This document shows positions 1-10,354 of a stretch of DNA of 64,000 nucleotides, piece by piece. Every line of letters starts with the position of its first letter. Position 1 is the first letter of the stretch. The translations under genes and the position numbers were made by a program. The DNA is from an uncultured Acidobacteriota bacterium. Lineage in GTDB: Bacteria > Acidobacteriota > Vicinamibacteria > Fen-336. Below the pieces are notes generated by a model. That model saw nothing but the letters and a program-made list of their open reading frames with translations, did no database searches and was not told where the DNA came from. The stretch is from contig OY970399.1 in NCBI GenBank assembly GCA_963720545.1, positions 736,001 to 800,000 of the forward strand, in the 5' to 3' direction.

Positions 1-1517
<1,517 letters not shown>

Positions 1518-1523
1518 GGTTAC

Positions 1524-1553
1524 ACGCTACGAGACGCAGCTGTAACCTGTCAA
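1524..1553 (-). promoter_or_regulatory. sigma70-type promoter TTGACA-N18-TAGCGT
   Basis: Minus strand TTGACA (1548-1553) and TAGCGT (1524-1529), 6 nt before GTG 1517. Overlapped by the inverted repeat GGTTACA/TGTAACC. Confidence 0.5.
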
Positions 1554-1638
1554 CTACCTTTTAGAAGTTACGGCCTAGTCGGAGGAGATCCCTCGGTCGC
1601 AGCGCAAGCGACTACTCCTTCGGGAAAACGACCAAACG

Positions 1639-3060
<1,422 letters not shown>

Positions 3061-3105
3061 GTCCTATGTTACGCGAAACCCCCTAAATTAGCTTGTTTCA
3101 GGGAT

Positions 3106-5037
3106 TTACCAGCCCCCTCCGCCTCCGCCGCCGGACGAACTGCCGCCGCCTCCCCCGCCCCCTCCCGACGAACTCCCGCCGCTGCTGGAACTCGCGGCCG
3201 CCACGCCGGAACCCATCGCCGTTGCTCCCGCGACGAACGCCGCGGTCGCGCCCGCGCCGCCAAACGACCCGCCGCCGCCGGTCCAGCCGCCGGCACTGGA
3301 AGGCACCGACCTGCCGCCTGTCGACCAGCCGCCGGACGATCCCGCCCCGCCGGTGTAAGTCGAGGCCGCGGCAGTGCCGGCACCGCCGAACGCATGCATC
3401 CAGCGATCGACTTCGGGCGCGAGGCCAAGGCCAACGAACCACGGGAACCATCGATCCTGCAGGCGCGGCGTCTCTTTCGAGAGCTCCGCCTCGAAGAAGC
3501 GTCGGGCGAGCAGGTAGTCGCGCCGCTCGCCCAGGCTCTCCGCGGTCTCGTTGCTCGCCATGCGATTGACGAACGAGCGCGCGCACGCCGCGGCCATGAG
3601 GACGATGGCGATGAGGGAGGTCAATGGCAGCGCCGGCTCCGGCACGACGCGAAGCGCGATGAATGCGCCGATGGCACCCACGGTCACGCAGGCGAACAAG
3701 AGGCCGACGATGGGCAGAGCGACGTTCTTCCGCGAGAGCACTGTCGCGATGATCGCGGGCAGCGAGATGAACGCAACGGCGCCGACGCCGAACAGGCCGG
3801 CGCCTTCGTGCGATAGGAACACAGAAACGAAGGCGAGCACCACGGCGCTCACCGCGATGAGGGCTGTGACCTTAGGCGACTCCTTCTTCCCCGGCGCCTT
3901 CGTACCGCGCATGGCCGCGTCTATGCGCTCCACCGGGTTGAAGCCCGACTTGCGATAGTGCGCGCGGATCGACTGCATGTCGGTCGCCTCCCCGCGCCGG
4001 AAGAACAAGCCGTTGATCAGCGGGCGCACGTCGGATTCGATTTCCTTGATCGGCACCAGCAGGTCGAGGAACAGGTTGGAGCGGCCGAGCAGGCCTTTCT
4101 TCGGCGCGACCCGCGAGCGGATCTTGCCCTCCTGCACCAGCCGCGCCAGCACCGCGGCAACTTCGGTGGCGCCAACCTTGCGGTCCCAGACGGCGCCCAC
4201 GACCTCGGGCCGCTGGTGAAAGAGATGCGTCTCGAGCCATTCTTCGTCCACTTCCGAAAGCGGCGGCAGCGGCGCGAAGCGGCCGAGCTGGGCGTCGCGC
4301 CGGAAAAACCAGACGAGCCGTTCGAGGAATACGAGAGCGAGCGCAGCCACCGCGATCCACCCGTAGCGCGCGGGCAGCCGCGGCACCACCGCGCTCGCCG
4401 GCGCCCCGGCGCCGGTGAAACGCAGCGCGGCGCGGTAGACGTAGCCTCGGCCCGGTGCCAGGCGCACGTTCGCCACGGGCTCGAGCGGCGCCGCGGCCTG
4501 CCAGCCCGGACCGAGCTCGAGCCGCGCCGAGAAGCGTTCGATGGGACCCACCCGGTCGGCGAAGGCGAAATCGTGATCGAGCCGATAGGCGCCCGGCTGC
4601 GACGAGGTCAGCGCGCCCGTGTATCGGTACTCGATGCGGTACATCGCTTGCGTATGGTCGAACTCCGGATCGGTCGGCAGGCGGCTCCGCCAGCGCAGCA
4701 CGTTGCTGGAAGTCCAGTCGTAGCCGTTGACGACATCGAGATTGCCTCGAACCATCGGCGTCTCGCTGCCGGTGGCGGGGTCGACGCGCACCATGCTCAC
4801 GAGCTGCACCATCTGGCCCTTGTGAAGAGTGAAGATGCGCTCGCCGCCGTTCCAGTCGCCGGTGAACTCGATCGTCTGCGTTTCGCGCACCGAGAGGCTG
4901 CCGTCGCTCTCGAGGCGCGCTTCGACGTCGATCGCCGGCCAGAACAATTCGCGCGCACTCGCGGGCGCTGCGCCCAGGAGGGTAAAAGCCAGCGCTGCCA
5001 AGCGGACGGCGGGGCGAAGCCATGCTGTCGGGGCCAT
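3106..5037 (-). CDS. DUF2207-family membrane protein
   Basis: Signal peptide, DGSLSVRETQTIEF..GDWNGGER N-domain, several TM segments and a Gly/Ser tail ending GGGGGGW. Confidence 0.8.
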   Translation of the reverse strand: MAPTAWLRPAVRLAALAFTLLGAAPASARELFWPAIDVEARLESDGSLSVRETQTIEFTGDWNGGERIFTLHKGQMVQLVSMVRVDPATGSETPMVRGNLDVVNGYDWTSSNVLRWRSRLPTDPEFDHTQAMYRIEYRYTGALTSSQPGAYRLDHDFAFADRVGPIERFSARLELGPGWQAAAPLEPVANVRLAPGRGYVYRAALRFTGAGAPASAVVPRLPARYGWIAVAALALVFLERLVWFFRRDAQLGRFAPLPPLSEVDEEWLETHLFHQRPEVVGAVWDRKVGATEVAAVLARLVQEGKIRSRVAPKKGLLGRSNLFLDLLVPIKEIESDVRPLINGLFFRRGEATDMQSIRAHYRKSGFNPVERIDAAMRGTKAPGKKESPKVTALIAVSAVVLAFVSVFLSHEGAGLFGVGAVAFISLPAIIATVLSRKNVALPIVGLLFACVTVGAIGAFIALRVVPEPALPLTSLIAIVLMAAACARSFVNRMASNETAESLGERRDYLLARRFFEAELSKETPRLQDRWFPWFVGLGLAPEVDRWMHAFGGAGTAAASTYTGGAGSSGGWSTGGRSVPSSAGGWTGGGGSFGGAGATAAFVAGATAMGSGVAAASSSSGGSSSGGGGGGGGSSSGGGGGGGW

Positions 5038-5210
5038 TTGGCCCGCAGTCTACGCGCGCGGGTTCGGGCCGGCTGGGGGCGAAATCGCCGTAACAGGTGT
5101 GTCACAGGTTTCGTAGACAATGCGGACAGGTGGAGAAATCGTTGACTTTCGTTTTTTCTTCGCTTAGGGTGCTGGCTACGCCACGAGGCATTCAAGAAAG
5201 GACCGATCCC

Positions 5211-5696
5211 ATGAGCAACCTTGCGTTCTGCCTGGAGCGCCGGAAGGCCGAGCTGCCGGCCACCATCAAGGTCATCAAGGCCATCCCCGCCGACAAGATG
5301 GGCCACAAGCCAGAAGAGAAGGCGCGCACCGCGGGCGACCTCGCCTGGGTGCTGGCCGGTGAAGAAGAGAGTCTGGTCGCGTTGCTGGACAAGGGCGAGT
5401 TCGATTGGAAAGAGTCGGCCGCCCCCAAGAGCACAGATGAAATCGCGGCGCACCTCTCGAAGCACCATGAGCTCGTCAACGAGCGGTTGGCGAAGCTCGA
5501 CGAAGCCACGTGGGGCAAGCCGGGCAAGATGCTCTACGAGGGCCAGGTGGTCTGGACCGATACCGTCGGCAACATGGTGTGGGGCATGCTGTTCGACGGC
5601 ATCCACCACCGCGGCCAGCTCTCTACGTACCTGCGGCCGATGGGCTCGAAGGTGCCGGCGATCTACGGCCCGTCCGCCGACGATAGCGGCCAGTAG
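5211..5696 (+). CDS. DinB/YfiT-family protein
   Basis: KPEEKART motif and C-terminal IHHRGQLSTYLRPMGSKVPAIYGPSAD. SD-like GAAAGGA precedes ATG 5211. Confidence 0.85.
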   Translation: MSNLAFCLERRKAELPATIKVIKAIPADKMGHKPEEKARTAGDLAWVLAGEEESLVALLDKGEFDWKESAAPKSTDEIAAHLSKHHELVNERLAKLDEATWGKPGKMLYEGQVVWTDTVGNMVWGMLFDGIHHRGQLSTYLRPMGSKVPAIYGPSADDSGQ

Positions 5697-5719
5697 CGCC
5701 CGTCGTAAGATCGCCGGGA

Positions 5720-7810
5720 ATGGTGCGCAAGCCCGGCGATCTTCCCTTCCCCGGCTGGGCGGTCACGGTGTTCGCCTGCGCCCTCGGCGCGCGCCTCCTG
5801 TTCCTGTTCGCGGCCGACCAGCCGCTGCTCTACACGCACCAGTACGGCTACTTCCACAACGCGCTGCGGATCGCCACCAACCCGCATCCACTCGACTACA
5901 TACTCCGCGACGAAGAGTGGCGGACGTGGGACCGCAACTGGACGATCGCGCCGCTTTACTACGTCTTCGCCGCCGCGGTGCTGAAGCTCTTCGCCTTGCA
6001 CCTCGCGGGGCTGCAGGTGGTGCAGTGCGTGATCGACTCCGCAGTGGCGGTGCTGGTTGCCGCCATGGGCCGCCGCGTCGCCGGACCCTGGGGCGCGGCC
6101 GCCGGCATCGCCTACGCTTTCTACGCGCCAGCGATCGAGATGCCGTCGTGGGTGCTCACCGAGAACCTGCACACGCCGCTCTTCGTCCTCGGCCTGTGGC
6201 TCACGATCCGCGCTTGGGAAGAAACGCCCCGCCGCGGCCCGTACTTCATGGCCGGCCTGGTGCTCGGCATCTCGGCGCTGGCGCGCTCGGTCACCTCGGC
6301 CTTCATGGGTGTGCTCGCAATCGTCTCGCTACTGTTCGGGACCGGGACGACGCGCAGCCGGCTGCGTTGTGTAATCGCACTGACGCTGGGCGGCGCCTGC
6401 GCCATCCTGCCGTGGACCGCGCGCAATGTCTTCGTCGTCGGCGATCCCATCCTCATCGAGAGCACGGCGTTCGAGAACATCTGGTTCGCCAACCGCTTCG
6501 TCGAGGGCGACCGTTTCCTGCGCCAGGAGGCCTACGTCCACTCGCGCCCGACGCCGGCCGAGAAACGCGCCGCCGCATTCCAGTTCGCGAAGGCAGGCAT
6601 CGAACGCCGTCCCGACCTGTTCATTGCCAAGATCGGCCGCAACTTCTGGCACCTGCTGCGGCCCGAGGGCCTGCAGAACCTGCTCGCGGCCGACCGCTCT
6701 GAGCCGCGCTGGCGACAGGTGTTCGCTGTGATCCTCGACGACTTGCCGCTCTTCATCATGACGGCGCTTTTCCCGGTGTTCCTCGTCGTGGGTCCCGTGG
6801 GCCCGACCCGTCGCGCAGTCGTCGCGTGGAGCGCCTACTACCTGCTGATGATCGTGGTGGTGTTCCACAACGAGATCCGCTACCGCAGCGTGCTCGTGCC
6901 GTTCCTGTTCGTCGCCGCGGCCGGCGCCATACCGGTGCTGCGCGGCAAGCGCCTCTTCCACAAATGGTTGGCGCTCGCCGCCGGTGTCGCCGCAGCGAGC
7001 CTGTCGGTGGCACCGTTCATCCCGCTCGCAAGCCAGGTGCTGGCCGCCCGCGCCCAGGCGGGCGCCGCAGGCGCCGCACTGCGTCCGGGCGCAGCCGACC
7101 CCTGGTTCGACGAAGGCAAACAGCTGGCGCGGAAGGGCCAATGGATCGAGAGCGCCGCCGCCTACGAGCGCGGCGAAGCCATCCGCCGCACCGCCAGCGT
7201 CCGCGGCGAAGTGGCGCTGCCGCGCGTCCTGCGCAACGCCGGCAGGACCGACGCCGCTGACGCCGCGCTCCGCGACCTGCACCGCTTCGAGTGGGACTTC
7301 GATCCGTGGCTCCTGCAGCAGGCCGCCTGGCGCGAACTCGAGGCGCCTCGCACCAGCGACCTCGTCATCGGCGGCGACGATTCGGGCGCGGTCCTAGGCT
7401 TCTTCCATCCGCGCGGCGACGACCCGCGCATGAGCGCCCACCGCCTGGAATGGAACAAGTACGCACCGCCCGGCCCCGTTCCGCCGCCGGGCCTGCACCG
7501 CTGGACCCGCCACCGCGCGTTCATCCGCATCGAACCCGAACATCAGGCCGCGGCTTACCGCGTGACCATCACGATGGGCTCGCCGTTCCCGTCGCCGCAA
7601 GCCTCGCCCAACATCACGGTGCGCATCGGCGGACGCAACGAGCCGCGCACGCTGAACACCGAGCTGCGCGACTACGTGTTCGAGAACGTCAAACAAGACA
7701 CGGGTTCACCGGCGATCGTCATCCGCATCGACTGCCCCACCTGGAACGCCGTGGGAGAACCCGCGGAGCAGGGCATCCGCGTTGATCGCGTCCGCGTGGA
7801 ACCGATATAA
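5720..7810 (+). CDS. GT-C fold membrane glycosyltransferase (family 39/PMT-like)
   Basis: Many TM helices with motifs APLYY, LTENL, PWTARN, EIRYR; soluble C-terminal domain. Confidence 0.7.
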   Translation: MVRKPGDLPFPGWAVTVFACALGARLLFLFAADQPLLYTHQYGYFHNALRIATNPHPLDYILRDEEWRTWDRNWTIAPLYYVFAAAVLKLFALHLAGLQVVQCVIDSAVAVLVAAMGRRVAGPWGAAAGIAYAFYAPAIEMPSWVLTENLHTPLFVLGLWLTIRAWEETPRRGPYFMAGLVLGISALARSVTSAFMGVLAIVSLLFGTGTTRSRLRCVIALTLGGACAILPWTARNVFVVGDPILIESTAFENIWFANRFVEGDRFLRQEAYVHSRPTPAEKRAAAFQFAKAGIERRPDLFIAKIGRNFWHLLRPEGLQNLLAADRSEPRWRQVFAVILDDLPLFIMTALFPVFLVVGPVGPTRRAVVAWSAYYLLMIVVVFHNEIRYRSVLVPFLFVAAAGAIPVLRGKRLFHKWLALAAGVAAASLSVAPFIPLASQVLAARAQAGAAGAALRPGAADPWFDEGKQLARKGQWIESAAAYERGEAIRRTASVRGEVALPRVLRNAGRTDAADAALRDLHRFEWDFDPWLLQQAAWRELEAPRTSDLVIGGDDSGAVLGFFHPRGDDPRMSAHRLEWNKYAPPGPVPPPGLHRWTRHRAFIRIEPEHQAAAYRVTITMGSPFPSPQASPNITVRIGGRNEPRTLNTELRDYVFENVKQDTGSPAIVIRIDCPTWNAVGEPAEQGIRVDRVRVEPI

Positions 7811-7839
7811 TCGCCGTTCGTTCGTCCCTGCCTAGGTTC

Positions 7840-7914
7840 GGCTCGCTAGCTCAATGGTAGAGCAAGAGACTCTTAATCTCTGGGTTGAAGGTTCGAGTCC
7901 TTCGCGAGTCACCA
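7840..7914 (+). tRNA. tRNA-Lys (CTT)
   Basis: Cloverleaf: acceptor GGCTCGC/GCGAGTC, D arm GCTC..GAGC, anticodon arm AGAGA-CT-CTT-AA-TCTCT, T arm GAAGG-TTCGAGT-CCTTC, 3' ACCA. TATAAT at 7806-7811. Confidence 0.97.
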
Positions 7915-7937
7915 ACTTACGGGCGCCGCCCTGAAGC

Positions 7938-7958
7938 CGGCAACCAAAACGGCAACCA
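7938..7958 (+). repeat. CGGCAACCA direct repeat (possible integrase arm-type sites)
   Basis: CGGCAACCA at 7938-7946 and 7950-7958; a third GGCAACCA at 8009-8016. Confidence 0.5.
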
Positions 7959-8081
7959 TTTGCGCGCCGGACTATCTAGCGCGGCGTGGCGCGAGTCAAG
8001 GAAAGACAGGCAACCACCTGTCCATACCGCGGCACCGTGTCAGTAGGATGTGTCCTTCAGATTGCGGCAGCAAGAGGGGCA

Positions 8082-8546
8082 ATGACGGAAGGCGACGGTT
8101 TCGAGGCGCGGATTAGGGCGAGTTTTGCGCGGCAGGGTCTGATGGCGACTATCGGCGCTGTGCTTGAAACGGTGGCGCCTGGATCTGTTGCGATTTCTCT
8201 GCGACCGCAAGCGGCTATTTCGCAGCAGCACGGCTTTATTCATGCCGGTGCACTGAGCGCAATCTGCGACTCCGCTGCTGGTTATGCCGCCCTCACGCTC
8301 ATGGCGCCTGGGCGAGGGGTCCTGACGACAGAGTTCAAGATCAACTTTTTAGCGCCGGCAACGGGAGACCGGGTCGTCGCTGTGGCTAAGGTAGTCAAGG
8401 CAGGCCGAACGCTGACGATCGCCCAAACCGAGCTGTTTGCCGAAACTGCTAAGCAAACAACCTTGATCGCGCTACTAATAGCGACACTCATGAGCGTCGA
8501 TGTAGGTCAGTACGTTTCTGACGACGCAAATCGTGCCCTTCAGTAA
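8082..8546 (+). CDS. PaaI-family thioesterase (hotdog fold)
   Basis: SQQHGFIHAG...DSAAGYAA, VLTTEFKINFLAPA, VVKAGRTL. SD GAGGGG before ATG 8082. Confidence 0.9.
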   Translation: MTEGDGFEARIRASFARQGLMATIGAVLETVAPGSVAISLRPQAAISQQHGFIHAGALSAICDSAAGYAALTLMAPGRGVLTTEFKINFLAPATGDRVVAVAKVVKAGRTLTIAQTELFAETAKQTTLIALLIATLMSVDVGQYVSDDANRALQ

Positions 8547-8812
8547 TGGTGCCACGCCGACCAGGAGCTTGACGTGTTCACCTATAAGCCTGTTCACTTC
8601 ACCGGCCCGAAGGCGGCGCGGGTATCGGTGTCGGGGGCTCTGCATCGGGATCTGATGTGCGCGGTTGCATGAACGCTCTTTCTTAGGTTTGTCGTGGTTC
8701 AGCATCTGCATGTTGGATGCCACGGGGAACCTGACCCCTCATCTGCGCGGGCGCCACAAAGGCGGCAGATGGATTAAGGACAAAGGAACGGCAGGCGCTG
8801 CGGCGCCCAACG

Positions 8813-8893
8813 CAAAGAATGCCCGGTCCGTAGCGAGAGCATTCTCTAGGGACCGAGCATCCGGTGGCCGGCCCCTTCAGCAGGCGGCCACCG
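8813..8893 (-). ncRNA. candidate ~80-nt small RNA
   Basis: Minus-strand TTGACT-N17-CAAAGT (8899-8927), then a 9-bp hairpin (8862-8870/8885-8893) and a 15-bp imperfect hairpin (8819-8833/8846-8860) followed by TCTTTG. Confidence 0.35.
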
Positions 8894-9029
8894 CACGCAC
8901 TTTGAATGGCCGTTCGGACAGAGTCAACATAAACCGTATACAGGGAGGACTATGAATCGGGCGCCGATCCGAAATCAGGGAATTCCCCAATAGCGTGCTT
9001 CGGCCTGGACTCAGTAGCGTTGACGGTCG

Positions 9030-9326
9030 ATGGCCAATTCCGGAGCCGGTTCGATGAAGCCAAACGCCCTCGTCGGAACTCGCGTGGAATTTCTTAGTGA
9101 CGTGTCTCCTGCCGCTTGCGGCGATTGGGGTACGGTCGTTAGCGTCAGAACCTTCGACACTGGACTAGAGGTTGTCGTGGTGGAGTGCCGCGGAAAGGCC
9201 ATAGCAACATATCGGTCTGAGATTCGCCCACTCGCCGATCAGTCGGCCACCACGCGTCTATCCAGTCGCGCTCGCGACGCAGCCACGCAAGCTCCGTCAC
9301 ATCAGAGTGCGGACGCTTCCGACTAA
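9030..9326 (+). CDS. hypothetical protein
   Basis: 98-aa ORF with a plausible small beta-rich core, followed by an inverted repeat; no recognised family. Confidence 0.35.
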   Translation: MANSGAGSMKPNALVGTRVEFLSDVSPAACGDWGTVVSVRTFDTGLEVVVVECRGKAIATYRSEIRPLADQSATTRLSSRARDAATQAPSHQSADASD

Positions 9327-9346
9327 CCGCTACTCGCTGTTACAAG

Positions 9347-9385
9347 CGCCCGACCCGAACAGCTAGAACGGGTCCGGGTCGGGCG
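9347..9385. terminator. inverted repeat / possible terminator
   Basis: CGCCCGACCCG (9347-9357) and its exact reverse complement CGGGTCGGGCG (9375-9385); no clear U tract. Confidence 0.4.
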
Positions 9386-9671
9386 AAGGCGTCCTTTGAA
9401 CGAAACCTCACCTCTGCGAGGACCCCTCCGGGTGGACTCCTTGCGCGGGACTTAAGCAACTGAAATGCCAAGGCGAATGACGCTGAAGGCGTGGAATCGA
9501 GTCGAAAGCGTCGGCTAGGGCGCCCCGGGCGTGGAACATTTCTACAAAGGCGAGCAGCGAGCCCTCAGGGGAGTTCTCTAGTAGTGCGCGCCAGCTCCCC
9601 GTCGAGGCGCCTCCGCACAGTTCATTTACGGCGACCCTTGACAGTTGGCTCCCGCGGGAGTTGGATGAGAC

Positions 9672-9983
9672 GTGGACGTTGCTTCGCGAGTGCTCAGCGG
9701 GTTGACCATCGTCGCCGGCCTCGCTTGCTCCAGCTTGGGCACGTGCTGGCTGTACTTCGTACCCGCCGCCCACGGCTGCTGCGAAGAGGCGACGATGCAA
9801 AGCCACCAACAGCCTTGCGGGTCCGGCGTCACGTATGTCACCGGCCCAACGCTGACGCCACCGACAATTGCTCCCCTCTCCATCTACCACGCGCCGGTCT
9901 CGCTGAACTTGTGTTTGGCCGGTCGCGACGCGTTTCGCGGTCCTCGAGTGGATCGTCCACCGCCGTTGGTTCTCCGGATTTAG
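9672..9983 (+). CDS. putative regulatory leader protein (DUF2946/CutF/CruR-like architecture)
   Basis: 103 aa with a hydrophobic N-terminus, 6 Cys including HGCC, and a Pro-rich C-terminus ending RGPRVDRPPPLVLRI. Confidence 0.65.
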   Translation: MDVASRVLSGLTIVAGLACSSLGTCWLYFVPAAHGCCEEATMQSHQQPCGSGVTYVTGPTLTPPTIAPLSIYHAPVSLNLCLAGRDAFRGPRVDRPPPLVLRI

Positions 9984-9988
9984 AGGTC

Positions 9989-10060
9989 TGTCCGTCTCCA
10001 AATATCAGCCGCATTAACGCCGTTATTTGTTGACGGGTAGCCCCCGTCAGGAGACTGACA
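9989..10060 (+). promoter_or_regulatory. SD-sequestering RNA structure (three-way junction)
   Basis: TGTCCGTCTCC (9989-9999) is complementary to GGAGACTGACA (10050-10060) at 10 of 11 positions. Inner helices are AAATA/TATTT (10000-10004/10024-10028) and TGACGGG/CCCGTCA (10031-10037/10043-10049). Confidence 0.65.
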
Positions 10061-10185
10061 TGATGAAGTTCATTCTTGCCGCACTGTTCGCAACGACGCT
10101 GGGCGTCTCAGCGCCGGCTGTGGCTGCCGCCGATTGCTGCGCCGCCGGGACCGCTTGCTGCGAGACCGGATGTTGCTGCTGTTAG
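10060..10185 (+). CDS. 41-aa secreted Cys-rich peptide (metallothionein-like)
   Basis: MMKFILAALFATTLGVSAPAVAAADCCAAGTACCETGCCCC*. SD AGGAG at 10049-10053, Sec-type signal with A-x-A site, terminator directly after. Confidence 0.8.
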   Translation: MMKFILAALFATTLGVSAPAVAAADCCAAGTACCETGCCCC

Positions 10186-10201
10186 TGTTCTAACCAGACG
10201 G

Positions 10202-10235
10202 ACGGCGGGGGCCACGGCTCCCGCCGTTTTTCTTT
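10202..10235 (+). terminator. Rho-independent terminator
   Basis: ACGGCGGG...CCCGCCGT stem followed by TTTTCTTT. Confidence 0.8.
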
Positions 10236-10354
10236 ACGCCGAAGGACGGCGGTGAGAATGCCGGCCCGTCGCCAGGCCACATTCCAACCGAACTCAGGCG
10301 CCGGGTGTCCCACCTTTATCCTGTGGATTGGACCGCTCAGGAGAGGGAGGGTCG

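Noticed and set aside
3106..3400. GCC/CCG-rich low-complexity repeat
   Set aside because: It encodes the ordinary Gly/Ser tail of the DUF2207 protein.
8952..8993. 13-aa ORF MNRAPIRNQGIPQ behind a strong SD (GGGAGG)
   Set aside because: Too short and featureless to support; it may be a truncated remnant.
10060..10185. RiPP (ranthipeptide/lanthipeptide) precursor reading of the Cys-rich peptide
   Set aside because: The N-terminus is a hydrophobic Sec-type signal, and there is no radical SAM, LanM, YcaO or peptidase-transporter gene nearby.
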